A stretch of DNA of 64,000 nt from Candidatus Ozemobacteraceae bacterium (GCA_965140445.1 OZ223236.1:3650498-3714497); one strand, 5' to 3'; shown: positions 10,473 to 20,743, counted from the stretch's first letter. Made by a program: numbers and translations. Notes: generated by a model from the letters alone, not told the origin.

Positions 10473-11597
10473 TTAATACTTGTCGTGATACCTTTTTACA
10501 CGGTGATTTATCTGACAGGTGACTTCGTAAGTTATGGTTTTAAGTTTTTCTGCCCATTCATAGGCCGTGATTTCCTCTTTTCCTGACTTTCCGATTAAAA
10601 CCACTTCATCACCAACTTTAATATCCGTTTCCTGTCCAAGGTTGCACATGCTTTGATCCATGCACACCCTACCCACCACAGGATAAGATTTACCATTAAT
10701 CAAAACGCGTCCCATATTGGAAAAAAGACGATTAAAACCATCAGCATACCCGGCAGGAAAAGTTGCTATCCAGCTATCTTCTGGGGCAACCCAGGTTCTT
10801 CCATAGCCAATAGATGTTCCCTTAGAAACCTTTTTCAAAAAAGAAACTTTTGTTTTAAAACTTAAACCGGGTTCCAATACTATGGTTTGCGGTGTCTCTT
10901 CAGATGGATAAAATCCATAAATCATGATACCTGGTCTAACCATATCCAACCAGGATTCTGGATGAGCAAGAACACCTCCAGAGTTTGCGGCGTGAACCAA
11001 AGGTATCTTGACTCCAATTTCTTTTTGAATCTCTTCTACTCTTTTTTTAAATTTTTCGAGCTGTCTCTGCGTAAAGGCTTTATTTCCGTCGTCACTGACG
11101 GGAAGATGGGTCATAATGCCCCCAAGCAACAAATGGCTGCCTTCTTTAGCTATCTCTTTAGCAATTTCAATAGAGTCTTCTGGAGAAGCTCCAACTCTAC
11201 CCATACCTGTTTCAAGCTTTAAATGAACTTCAACTTTTTTACCTAGCTTTTCAGCAACCTTATTTAGTTCTTTTACATTTTCCAACTCACAGACAGCTAA
11301 AGCCAAATCATTATTTATAGCCTCTTCCATTTCTTCTAAAAAAACAGGACTAAATTTTAAAATTGGCAAGCGAATCCCAGCTTCTCGAAGCTCAATTCCT
11401 TCAGGGACTGTGGCAACTCCCAACCAGTCAACTCCTATATCTTCAGCCATTTTGGAAACTTGAATTGCCCCATGTCCATAGGCATTAGCCTTAACCGCAA
11501 TCAGTATTTTTCTGTCTTTTCCAATGGCCTTTTTGATACCAAGAATATTATTTTTAATATTTTGTAGATGAACCTGAGCATGAGTTTGATAAAGCAT
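10473..11597 (-). CDS. alr: Alanine racemase
   Basis: PLP-lysine motif AVKANAYGHG and C-terminal VCMDQ motif. 374 aa. Confidence 0.8.
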   Translation of the reverse strand: MLYQTHAQVHLQNIKNNILGIKKAIGKDRKILIAVKANAYGHGAIQVSKMAEDIGVDWLGVATVPEGIELREAGIRLPILKFSPVFLEEMEEAINNDLALAVCELENVKELNKVAEKLGKKVEVHLKLETGMGRVGASPEDSIEIAKEIAKEGSHLLLGGIMTHLPVSDDGNKAFTQRQLEKFKKRVEEIQKEIGVKIPLVHAANSGGVLAHPESWLDMVRPGIMIYGFYPSEETPQTIVLEPGLSFKTKVSFLKKVSKGTSIGYGRTWVAPEDSWIATFPAGYADGFNRLFSNMGRVLINGKSYPVVGRVCMDQSMCNLGQETDIKVGDEVVLIGKSGKEEITAYEWAEKLKTITYEVTCQINHRVKRYHDKY

Positions 11598-11599
11598 TT

Positions 11600-12724
11600 T
11601 TATTCGTCCTCAACAACCACTTTCTGAACATAAGGTGAAGTGCTTAAAGCCAATAAAGCACCGTAACCGGGATAAAAAGAAATCTCATCTCCAACTTTAA
11701 TATCACGCTTACAATCTTCAACATCTAAAATCAAATGATCACTTGAGCCGCCAAGCACCTCAATACCTTCCTCAACAGGTTCAATGCCATCTACAACAAC
11801 ATCTTGCCGACCAATATTACAAATTACACGTTTTCTTTTGCCTCGATCTACGAATTCCTGGCTTCCACCAAACGCGTCTTGCCCACGATCACCAATCGGC
11901 ATGGATGGCTTAACTTCAGCCTCAATTACTTCAGCGACAGCTATTACTGTATCCTGACGAGTTCCTTCCCATGGGGATCGATCAATTACATTTCTTCCAA
12001 GAATAATTGCCTCACCAATGCGATAAAGATTTACTTCCCCTGGAAGCTTACCTTCTGACATTAATGGCAACCCGGAGCTGTTTCCTCCACAGATTATAGG
12101 CAATTCCAGTCCTGTTTTTTCCCGGCAAATCTTTGTAGTTTCTACCAATAGACTCATGTTTTCTTCAGAAGGCATAACTCCACCATAACAGGCGAGATTG
12201 CATCCAATTCCAACAATTTCTATTCCATTATATTTTGAAGCATTTTTTAAAAGTTCTACAGCCTTATCAGGCCATATACCTTCTCGCAAGTCTCCAACAT
12301 CTATCATAAGGATGACTTTGTGCTTTCTATTTTGTAAATCTGCTGCTTTAGCAAGAGCTTCAATGGTCTTAAGACTTGAATTAAGGCTATAATCAGCGTA
12401 GCGCACAACATTTTCTGCATCAGAAATTGCTGGAAGACGCAAAAGCAAAAATGGGCCTTTAAAACCAGCTTCCCGCAAACGAATAATATTCTCTATTCTT
12501 GAATCCGCAAGTAAATCAGCCCCTCCATCTACCATCGCTTTTGCGACAGCAGGATGAGCAGCAGTTACCTTTGTGACACATGCCAATTGAACACCATTGC
12601 TACGGCATTGGTCGGCAACGGCTTGAGTATTAGTTTTTATTCTTTCTGGATATATCTCTAGTCTTGGTGTCCTGTTAGACAACCTTACATTTTTTTTATA
12701 GTCTATCATTCCTGTTCTATCCAA
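11600..12724 (-). CDS. orr: Alanine-racemase-fold PLP enzyme, likely ornithine racemase
   Basis: Fold-type III racemase pattern (VTKV lysine region). Sits next to oraSE and the reactivase-like gene, as in the Clostridium sticklandii ornithine cluster. Confidence 0.6.
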   Translation of the reverse strand: MDRTGMIDYKKNVRLSNRTPRLEIYPERIKTNTQAVADQCRSNGVQLACVTKVTAAHPAVAKAMVDGGADLLADSRIENIIRLREAGFKGPFLLLRLPAISDAENVVRYADYSLNSSLKTIEALAKAADLQNRKHKVILMIDVGDLREGIWPDKAVELLKNASKYNGIEIVGIGCNLACYGGVMPSEENMSLLVETTKICREKTGLELPIICGGNSSGLPLMSEGKLPGEVNLYRIGEAIILGRNVIDRSPWEGTRQDTVIAVAEVIEAEVKPSMPIGDRGQDAFGGSQEFVDRGKRKRVICNIGRQDVVVDGIEPVEEGIEVLGGSSDHLILDVEDCKRDIKVGDEISFYPGYGALLALSTSPYVQKVVVEDE

Positions 12725-14040
12725 CTTTTAAAAGTGTTTTTAACCAGCTCCGGGTATTCTATAGAAATTGTTCCATAAGCAGAAAACAAATAGTTTGAGT
12801 CTAGAAGCACACGTGACTCTGGTCGAGGTAAAAGATACTTACCAGGGCCGGTGCAGACTGAGGATAAAATTTCAAGCCCACCTTTGACTCTTGTCAGAGC
12901 GCCACCGGTTCCAATAATCCACTTAATTGCAGATAAATCCTTACCTTTTACAACCTGCTTTTTACCAGATGGAGTAAATAAATCAGCCAATGTTCCGGCA
13001 TGTCTTCTAATTCCAAATTCAACAGCTTTTGAGCAAAGCCATCTTGTCATTTCTATCTCATTTTCAGAGGAAGGCATCGCTTTAACTTCTTGCTCACGAC
13101 TTGTATGATCGCTATCGTTTGCCATTTCCAAAATATTTGCTGCATTCACATATACACCAAGATCGCCTTCTACTGTCCTTTTGGCTCTTGGTTCAGGCTC
13201 AATTAGCTTATCGGAATATTCTGGACTTCCATCTGACACAGAGTGAACATCTGTAGTTGCTCCACCAACATCTATTACAAGAGCATCTCCACCAACTTCA
13301 GAAAAAATTTCTGTTGCTCTTAAAACTGCTGCTGGGGTCGGAATAATTTGCTTGTCAGTTAAACCTCTAAGCCGTTCCATACCTGGAGCATGGATAATGT
13401 TTTGAGAGAATAACTCCTGCATCTTTTCTCTTAGAGGCTCGACATTTAAGACATCCACATCTGGAAAGACATTTGGAGCAATCATCAGTTCAATTCCTGA
13501 TTTACTGAAGATTTTAGTCACGGCTCTTTTTAATGCTGAGTTTCCACAGTAGACAACGGGCACTCCTAAATCCATGCACGCTAGCTTAATCGCATTTTCA
13601 AGAATAACCTCTTTTGCGCCATATTCTACCCCACCCGAAAGCAGGATCATGTTTGGGTTAATCTCCTCAATTTCTTCCAGATCAAAAGCGGACAATTCTC
13701 CGGCGGTGACCATTTTTATGATTGCACCAGCTCCAAGGCTGGCTTCTCTTGCGGCTCTGGCAGTCATATTATAGGTAAGACCATGAACAGTAACCCTTAG
13801 CCCCCCTGCCGCAGAGCTATTGGCAAACACTTCAACATTGTCAGTATTGAGACCGCTTGTCTTTTCAAGGTCTTCAATTGCGGCTGCAACCCCAATGCCA
13901 ACATTGCCCTCAGCGACAGTAGTAGGAGAGAATCCCTGCGCTACGTGCTTTAAAGTATTTTGTGGAGTTTTTACAAATCCGTTTGCTTTGGTAATTGTAC
14001 TCCCGACTTCAAGAGTGAGAATATCTATTGCTTTATTCAT
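12706..14040 (-). CDS. GlmL/MutL-family protein (putative aminomutase reactivase/chaperone)
   Basis: ASKHA-like ATPase pattern (LTLEVGSTITKANGF..., DVGGATTDVHS) typical of glutamate-mutase-associated GlmL. The same position is conserved in ornithine aminomutase clusters. Confidence 0.6.
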   Translation of the reverse strand: MNKAIDILTLEVGSTITKANGFVKTPQNTLKHVAQGFSPTTVAEGNVGIGVAAAIEDLEKTSGLNTDNVEVFANSSAAGGLRVTVHGLTYNMTARAAREASLGAGAIIKMVTAGELSAFDLEEIEEINPNMILLSGGVEYGAKEVILENAIKLACMDLGVPVVYCGNSALKRAVTKIFSKSGIELMIAPNVFPDVDVLNVEPLREKMQELFSQNIIHAPGMERLRGLTDKQIIPTPAAVLRATEIFSEVGGDALVIDVGGATTDVHSVSDGSPEYSDKLIEPEPRAKRTVEGDLGVYVNAANILEMANDSDHTSREQEVKAMPSSENEIEMTRWLCSKAVEFGIRRHAGTLADLFTPSGKKQVVKGKDLSAIKWIIGTGGALTRVKGGLEILSSVCTGPGKYLLPRPESRVLLDSNYLFSAYGTISIEYPELVKNTFKSWIEQE

Positions 14041-14085
14041 ATTTTTTGGGCATTTTTCAAATCAAAAAACGCTATAAATCAATTA

Positions 14086-14640
14086 TCAGCCAGTGATAAC
14101 CTTGCTAACACCATGTGTCATCCAAAGTCTACTTGCAAAATATACATTTCTTGGACCGCGTTTTTCATCATTGATCTTTTTGATAATTTTGAGGTCTAAT
14201 GCATTAATAGTCTTTATTGATTTAACATTCTGTGGATGAGTACAAACAAGAATTCTATTTGAAGGAATTAACCTGAATGCCTCTTCAAGCTCTCTTTTAC
14301 CAACTTCAAGTGCATAGCCTTTTCCCCATGCTTCCTGGCAAAGAGCAAAAGCAATTTCATACTCATTATCGCCAATTCCAGCAAAATCGCAATGGATAAT
14401 TCCGCCGTAACCAATGGGTTTGCCTGTAGCTCTATCACAAAGAGTGCCAAGCCCTATCATTTCATCTTCTTTTGCGAAGTATTTTTCAATAAACGCTCTG
14501 CTCTCTTCTTCGTTAAGAGCTTTGCCAGTGAGTAAATACTCCATAACTTCTTTTTTGCCAAGAATTTCATTGTACATGAAATCAAAATCCTCAGCTTTGT
14601 AACTTCTAAGTAATAATCTTTCTGTTTCAAGTTTTCGCAT
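14086..14640 (-). CDS. GNAT family N-acetyltransferase (RimJ/RimL-like)
   Basis: ERLLLRSYK start region and GNAT core. The ORF track extends to 14655, but a hairpin overlaps that. The ATG giving MRKLETERLLL is the more likely start. Confidence 0.6.
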   Translation of the reverse strand: MRKLETERLLLRSYKAEDFDFMYNEILGKKEVMEYLLTGKALNEEESRAFIEKYFAKEDEMIGLGTLCDRATGKPIGYGGIIHCDFAGIGDNEYEIAFALCQEAWGKGYALEVGKRELEEAFRLIPSNRILVCTHPQNVKSIKTINALDLKIIKKINDEKRGPRNVYFASRLWMTHGVSKVITG

Positions 14641-14642
14641 AA

Positions 14643-14675
14643 AAGAAAGGAGCATCAGGGCAAAGCCCTGATGCC
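14643..14675 (-). terminator. GC-rich hairpin plus T-tract between oraE and the GNAT gene (putative intrinsic terminator/attenuator)
   Basis: On the minus strand catcagggc-ttt-gccctgatg is followed by CTCCTTTCTTTT. Confidence 0.4.
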
Positions 14676-14698
14676 TTAACCTCCATCAAAATTTCATT

Positions 14699-16900
14699 CT
14701 AGATACTTCCACGCTGTTTCAGTATTTTTACAATAGAATCCACAACCTGGATACCTTTTGTTCCGCGGCCAAAGCCGTCATCCATGCCACATTCCTTGGC
14801 GATTTCTCTTGTAACCTGAGTTCCTCCAGAAATTAGAATAATTTTATCTCTTATTCCTTTTTCTTTGCAAAGTTCATCAAGTTTTCGCATGTTATCTCTG
14901 TGAACATCATTGTGGGAAATAATAGTGCTAATTAAAATAGCTTGAGAGCCAGTTTCAATCGCAGCGTCAACCATTTTTCCTATCGGAGCTGAAGTTCCCA
15001 TGTAATGGTATTTAACTCCGTATTTTTCGATTCCACCGTGTTTAATATCAAGAATTTCGCGCATTCCTACAGAATGTTCGTCTTCTCCAACTGTACCGGC
15101 AACGACTTTTAATCCAATTTTCTTAATCCCGGCGCGAATTTCTTCCTCTGGGAGGATTATCTCTTTTGGCGGTATTTTTAGAGTGCTTTTATCAATAGCA
15201 AAATCAACTTTTCCCTTAACTTCAAGGAAAGTTCCTTCTGACGGATGCATTACCTGGGCATTAATAACTTCTGGGTCACGAAGTCCCATCTTTTTGGCAA
15301 CTTCAAGAGCCGCAACCTTTGCAACTTCAATTTCTTCCGGAAGAAACAGCTGAATAAGAATATTACCGTCGCCAGCCCATTCAGTTTCAGGTTTTATCAT
15401 TCCACCAGTTCTGAAATCTCTGGTTTTTTCCAAACGAAGGTTGCAATTGTCAGTATCGTCTATCTCATCAATGTAATCTATTTTTTCAGGGTTACAAATT
15501 GTACATCCGCCAATTGGATCACAAGGTTTTTTATACAGCTCAACGGCTTTGTTCTTGCCAAAAGTGCTACAAACAGGTGCTAAATAGTCATCTTCGCGCT
15601 CTATTATCGAATCTGCTCCCACGCCGCCCTTTCCATCGCGTGCAATTCCATCGCCGCTTCTTTCAGGATAACTGGCAGAATCAACAAAGAAACCTTTTTC
15701 TACTGCAGCAAAATAGCCACCAACTTCAAGGATTTCTTCCAGGAAGCAGATTGATTTTTCCTTGATATCGCGAACCATTTCACCTAAGGGGCCTTCTCTA
15801 TCAAGCTTTACAAGTTGCTTAATTCCATCGAGGGCTACGAAGGTCTGCTTTGCAGTCTCAATCCCTCTGATGTTATTGTAATGCCAGGGCACATTGCGTC
15901 CTTCGTCAGGAGTAATTGTACTCTGAATATCAGCCTTTGTAAGAGCAGAAATCAAAGTGTCAATCACATGAGTTCTGGTTGCTTCTTCAATATCAGCTTC
16001 AATGTATCTGGTATTTTGCTGAGCTCTAAACTTAAACTCATCAAAAATATCTCTTAATGCTACCGCATAAGGCAAGTCATACCAAAGTTTAGGGGAAGGA
16101 GGAGCACATGGAGGAACTGTCGACAATCCGATATGATCTTTTGGCATTCCACAGCCTACAGAGAAAGCGGAGTTCAAGCCATGCTGAACTAATAGCTCAG
16201 GCATAACTGACCAGCCCTCTTTTGCTGTAGCATTAGCATTATGAGCTCCATCGATCTGGAATATCTCAGCATCAGCCATAACCTTTTTTGCGCTAGCTGC
16301 ATCAACGAAAGATCTATACATGTTTACATTTCTGTATAAAACATTGTATTGAGGGTCCTGATGTGCGCCATTCACGCCTTCTTCAGCAAAAAGAACAGCA
16401 ACTTCCGGGCCTGCAACTCCTGATACGTATGAGTGAAAGTTAATAGGTCTTCCTACTTCTTCTTCTATAAGGTCACAGGCTTTCCTTGAAGCTCTAATCT
16501 GTTTGCGGGTAATTGGAACCCCTCCAACCCCTTCAGGAGTCCCTTCCAGGAGACCGTCAATGTGACTCTGGCCTGTGGTTCTAATAACCATAATATGGTC
16601 TGCGCCATGCCAGGCAGCCATTCGCATTCTGCGAATGTCATCTTCAAAGCGACCAGATGCGATTTCTGTAGTAATAACTGGTTTAGGCTGAGGATCAATA
16701 TTATCAAAATATTTTGCGGCCGGAAGAGGAACCGAATTTTTGAGTGGTTCAGCCATGTCTTTGTAATGAAATTTATGGGCTTTATATCCACCGGGAACTT
16801 CTTTACGCCATGTCCAGCCTTTTCTAGGTGGATGATACTTATCAAGGTCGTTAAGAATTTCTTCTATATTAATCTTCTTTTTAGGATCTAATTTTTGCAT
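14699..16900 (-). CDS. oraE: D-ornithine 4,5-aminomutase subunit E (PLP and B12-binding)
   Basis: 733 aa. C-terminal B12-binding DxHxxG motif (GEDEHSVG). Adjacent to a ~116-aa oraS-like gene. Confidence 0.8.
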   Translation of the reverse strand: MQKLDPKKKINIEEILNDLDKYHPPRKGWTWRKEVPGGYKAHKFHYKDMAEPLKNSVPLPAAKYFDNIDPQPKPVITTEIASGRFEDDIRRMRMAAWHGADHIMVIRTTGQSHIDGLLEGTPEGVGGVPITRKQIRASRKACDLIEEEVGRPINFHSYVSGVAGPEVAVLFAEEGVNGAHQDPQYNVLYRNVNMYRSFVDAASAKKVMADAEIFQIDGAHNANATAKEGWSVMPELLVQHGLNSAFSVGCGMPKDHIGLSTVPPCAPPSPKLWYDLPYAVALRDIFDEFKFRAQQNTRYIEADIEEATRTHVIDTLISALTKADIQSTITPDEGRNVPWHYNNIRGIETAKQTFVALDGIKQLVKLDREGPLGEMVRDIKEKSICFLEEILEVGGYFAAVEKGFFVDSASYPERSGDGIARDGKGGVGADSIIEREDDYLAPVCSTFGKNKAVELYKKPCDPIGGCTICNPEKIDYIDEIDDTDNCNLRLEKTRDFRTGGMIKPETEWAGDGNILIQLFLPEEIEVAKVAALEVAKKMGLRDPEVINAQVMHPSEGTFLEVKGKVDFAIDKSTLKIPPKEIILPEEEIRAGIKKIGLKVVAGTVGEDEHSVGMREILDIKHGGIEKYGVKYHYMGTSAPIGKMVDAAIETGSQAILISTIISHNDVHRDNMRKLDELCKEKGIRDKIILISGGTQVTREIAKECGMDDGFGRGTKGIQVVDSIVKILKQRGSI

Positions 16901-16921
16901 ACTTTTTTCCTCCGGCGGCCA

Positions 16922-17272
16922 TTAAAAAAGGCCATCCAAAACGGCTGCATCCTGATTTATTTTTGCAGCAGCAGCTCGAATATCAATGCCTTCTTTTTCA
17001 GAAAGCTTTAGCAAAACATGGCCAGCGCCTTTTCCAAGGAGCCCAGCTTCATTAATTTTACTAACTACGCCCTGAGAGGTAACTGAATCAACTCCCATGC
17101 GCAAAAGCACAGATCTTTCGATTGAAGGTGAAGTATACTTCTTTCCATAATCTACCATTGGCTCAACAACTTTGTTACAAAGTTCCCAAAAGCGAGCCTT
17201 AAGCTGTTCATCAGTCAGCTTATGCAATTCCTGGCGACGAGCTTCAAATTTCTTTATTCTGTCTTCACTCAT
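16922..17272 (-). CDS. oraS: D-ornithine 4,5-aminomutase subunit S
   Basis: 116 aa, immediately upstream of oraE. Size and position match OraS. Confidence 0.7.
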   Translation of the reverse strand: MSEDRIKKFEARRQELHKLTDEQLKARFWELCNKVVEPMVDYGKKYTSPSIERSVLLRMGVDSVTSQGVVSKINEAGLLGKGAGHVLLKLSEKEGIDIRAAAAKINQDAAVLDGLF

Positions 17273-17380
17273 ACCATTTTCCTTTCCTTGAACGTGAAAT
17301 TCATAATCGAAAATTTACCGCTTTTAGAAGGATTTTGCTACTTTTTTCTTTAAGTCAAACCACAAGAGTTGGACTATCCC

Positions 17381-20095
17381 TTACCCATTCCTGCTATTAA
17401 CTGTAGAATTTTTTGCACCATCCTTGTTCTCATCCTTAAAGTTTAAAAGGTTTTCAAACCCAGCTTTATCAGTAACATGAGGCAAAACAAGCTCCAGATT
17501 AGACTTTTCCAACTTAATTAGATTAGCCAGAGATTGATCCATAGTCTGCATAAACTCTTTTGATGAAGTTTGCATAACCGAAGGAATCTGTTCAGCCTTT
17601 GCTTCTTTAATTAGATTCTTCACTGCATGATTACAGATTAAAAGTTCATATGCAAGAGCTCTGCCCTTTCTATCAGATCTCGGGATAAGTTTCTGGGAAA
17701 CAATTGCTCTCAAGACTCCCGCTAGTTCAAGCCTTACCTGCTCCTGAAAGTCTGCGGGAAAAGCTCCAATAATTCGATTTATACTTTCCCCAGCACTAAT
17801 TGTGTGCAGTGTTGAAAAAACCAGATGTCCTGTTTCAGCTGCAGTCAAAGCCAATTTGATTGTTTCTGGATCACGCATTTCACCAACGAGAATAATATCT
17901 GGATCTTCTCTCAAAGCGGATTTAAGGGCTTGAGCAAATGAATGGGTATGTGTTCCCAGTTCTCGTTGATTAATACTACAACGCTTATGTAAATGGACAA
18001 ATTCAATCGGATCTTCAATAGTAAGTATGTGTTCAAATCTTTTTCGGTTAATTTCATCAACCATTGACGCCATAGTTGTTGATTTGCCAGAACCGGTTGG
18101 ACCAGTTACAAGAACCAGCCCCTGACGATTATCGCAGATTTTCTCAAAAACACTTCTTGGAAGTCCCAATTCTTCAAAACTAGGTATGTTTGATGGAATC
18201 AAGCGAAAAATTCCACTTAATCCATGCCTTTGCTTGAATATATTTGCTCTGAAGCGCCCCACGTGCTTTACTTCGTGAGAAAGATCGACTTCCCACTCTT
18301 TTTCAAACTTTTTTCTCTGCTCTTCATTTAAAAGAGTAGAAAATAATTGTCCAGCCTTCTCTTGATCTACTGAAGGAAGATTTGTCCTTATTAACTCTCC
18401 GTGAATTCTAAACATTGGAGGCAAACCTACGTTCAAATGTAAATCGGACCCCTTCATTTCTTTAAGCTGGGACAAAAGGTCATCAATAGACCTATATTCA
18501 GATAAAGGCACTATGGGACGGTCTTCAAAAACAATATTTTCTGGATCAAAAGAAGCTAAATCTACTTTTTCATTGGAAAGAATCTTCACAATTTGATCAG
18601 ATCTCAGCTGATGCAAAAAGGAAACAAACTTCTCAATTTCAACTTCAGATAAGGTTACAAGCATCTGGAGGACACTCGAAAACGCTTTAAATCCTAAGTT
18701 TTTAAGCGTTTTTTCACTCCAAAATGACAGGTTCTTTTCTTTAGAAAACAGTTGAATTAATAATGGTTTCACAACTTTTTCAGGAGTCATGCTGCTTAAA
18801 CCACTTAAAATTGCATTTCTAACAGATAATGCACCGTCGTTAAAGTTCAAAATAAGCATATCCACAACATACTCAAGATCAAGCTTACAAAGAGCTTTTG
18901 CAGCCCAAACTCTAACATTTGGATCAAGATGCTTATCAACAAGATTCATTAAAGATCTTGCTGCCAATGGGTCTCTTCCCTCACCAAGCGCTTTACATGC
19001 CCAGTGAACCTTATCAAGATTTTTACTGTTTAGTGCTCTAATTAACTCTTCTCTGGCCCTTGGTAAGAGATGAGAAAGTGTATGACAAGCCAGATGTCGG
19101 ATAACCCAGACAGGGTCAGTAAGAGCTTCTACAAGAATTCTAATTCCTTCTTGATCTGGATTTTGCCCTAATGCTTTTAAAGCATAATATCTTTCATCTG
19201 GAACATCGCTTGTCAACATTTTCTTAAAAAACTTTGTGCTCTTTTCTCCAAGAATTTTACCAATGATGACAATCAATTCATCCTTCAATTCTGGCCCTTT
19301 GGTTTTCATCAGGGCAAGAGCTTCTTTTAGAGTCTCTTCACCTCTTCTGGCTAAAACATAAGAAGCCTGATATCTCATTAAAGGCGAGCTTTCAAACATT
19401 CCTGCAAATAAAAGCCCTAATCCCTTTTCACCGGGCAAGTATTCAAGTGCGGCCATTGCATATAATCTTACGGTTGGATCTTTGGACAACAATAGCTTTC
19501 GAATCTGCTTAAAAGCTTTATCACCACTAATATCTATAAGTAATTTAAGGGCCCAATATTTTTCGTGCAAATTACCCTTTGCAAAAACCTTCCTTATTGC
19601 AACTACCAACTGCTCGCCATGTGGAACCAGTACGCGATTCAAATGTCTTCTTAAAGCGAAGCTTGGGTTGACCATCTGGCGAATTAAAAAATCAAGCGAC
19701 TCAATTCCTTCCAGTTTCAAAATAAGATCAACTGAACGAATTTTAACGTCATCCTTCTCAGGCTTATTCAATATTTCTTTTAATATGCTGACTTCAAGAT
19801 GTCCGGTGTCTCCAAGAATGTAGAAAACCCTATCCCTTGCAGGGTATTCAGCATGGTTTAAAACAGCCTTTAAAGGTTCAACAACCTTTTCAATATTCCT
19901 TGCCAGTATTGCTGAAGACAATTCTTGAATCTCATCATCAGGAATAACAAGGCATTTATAAATTAGAAATAACAAGAATTGGTCATTTGAAATATCCGAA
20001 GCTTGCTTTAATAGTTCTCTTACATCAACTTTAAGCCCATTTTCTACTGCCAGCTTTAACTTGGCAAACTTTTGCCCTGGGGTTAATATTCCCAT
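17381..20095 (-). CDS. Fusion protein: N-terminal HEAT/PBS-lyase-like repeat region (~520 aa) + C-terminal PilT-type type IV pilus retraction ATPase
   Basis: The C-terminal 350 aa carry Walker A GPTGSGKSTT, the Asp box, the His box and PilT motifs. The N-terminal half is repetitive alpha-helical HEAT-like units. Confidence 0.8.
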   Translation of the reverse strand: MGILTPGQKFAKLKLAVENGLKVDVRELLKQASDISNDQFLLFLIYKCLVIPDDEIQELSSAILARNIEKVVEPLKAVLNHAEYPARDRVFYILGDTGHLEVSILKEILNKPEKDDVKIRSVDLILKLEGIESLDFLIRQMVNPSFALRRHLNRVLVPHGEQLVVAIRKVFAKGNLHEKYWALKLLIDISGDKAFKQIRKLLLSKDPTVRLYAMAALEYLPGEKGLGLLFAGMFESSPLMRYQASYVLARRGEETLKEALALMKTKGPELKDELIVIIGKILGEKSTKFFKKMLTSDVPDERYYALKALGQNPDQEGIRILVEALTDPVWVIRHLACHTLSHLLPRAREELIRALNSKNLDKVHWACKALGEGRDPLAARSLMNLVDKHLDPNVRVWAAKALCKLDLEYVVDMLILNFNDGALSVRNAILSGLSSMTPEKVVKPLLIQLFSKEKNLSFWSEKTLKNLGFKAFSSVLQMLVTLSEVEIEKFVSFLHQLRSDQIVKILSNEKVDLASFDPENIVFEDRPIVPLSEYRSIDDLLSQLKEMKGSDLHLNVGLPPMFRIHGELIRTNLPSVDQEKAGQLFSTLLNEEQRKKFEKEWEVDLSHEVKHVGRFRANIFKQRHGLSGIFRLIPSNIPSFEELGLPRSVFEKICDNRQGLVLVTGPTGSGKSTTMASMVDEINRKRFEHILTIEDPIEFVHLHKRCSINQRELGTHTHSFAQALKSALREDPDIILVGEMRDPETIKLALTAAETGHLVFSTLHTISAGESINRIIGAFPADFQEQVRLELAGVLRAIVSQKLIPRSDRKGRALAYELLICNHAVKNLIKEAKAEQIPSVMQTSSKEFMQTMDQSLANLIKLEKSNLELVLPHVTDKAGFENLLNFKDENKDGAKNSTVNSRNG

Positions 20096-20189
20096 AATTT
20101 GTCCCTCAACCCATTTATTTTTTTAACCCAATAATTCTGAATTCAACGGTGCCAGATTAACAATTGGCAAACGTCGGTAAATCTATTTC

Positions 20190-20588
20190 TCATCTATCGA
20201 TAGTAATATTAATTGAACAGGTTTCATCAAACTTAAATATCTCAGCAAAAACTTTCTCAGAAAGTTGAATAGCCAATTTTTTTTCAAATCCAATTTCCAG
20301 ATTAATACTCTCAGGAAAGTTTTCAATTTGATCGCCCAAATCCACCCCAAATTGTCGAAAGATAAAAAGGGCATTGGTCCTTTCATCTGCGCTCAGATTC
20401 ATAGTTGGTAAATCAAAATACAATCCGCTTTCTTCATCAAAAGCAAATTGAACAAATTTTTCAGTCTCTGGCTCTTCAAAAATTACAAACCAGCCATCAC
20501 CAGAATTTCCACAAACTAAATCAATCGCAGAAGAAATACGATCTATCATTTTTTCCACCTGTTTACATTTAGATTTAAAACAATTCAA
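20190..20588 (-). CDS. Hypothetical protein
   Basis: 132-aa ORF with no recognised domain. Confidence 0.4.
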   Translation of the reverse strand: MNCFKSKCKQVEKMIDRISSAIDLVCGNSGDGWFVIFEEPETEKFVQFAFDEESGLYFDLPTMNLSADERTNALFIFRQFGVDLGDQIENFPESINLEIGFEKKLAIQLSEKVFAEIFKFDETCSINITIDR

Positions 20589-20743
20589 AATGAATGTTAA
20601 ATGAAGATTGTTTTAGATACAAACTTTCAAAAACATTTTTTACCCAATTTTCAAAGGAGGTATTATTTTTCCGATTTTTGGGGTACAATAGACAAAACAT
20701 ATTTTTCTACTGGTTGTAGGAATTCTTACGAGGTGGACATTAC

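Noticed and set aside
17273-17380. Possible cobalamin riboswitch upstream of the B12-dependent oraSE genes.
   Set aside because: The 108-nt spacer shows no B12-box-like conserved core and no multi-stem structure. It is too short for an AdoCbl riboswitch and likely holds just the promoter/RBS.
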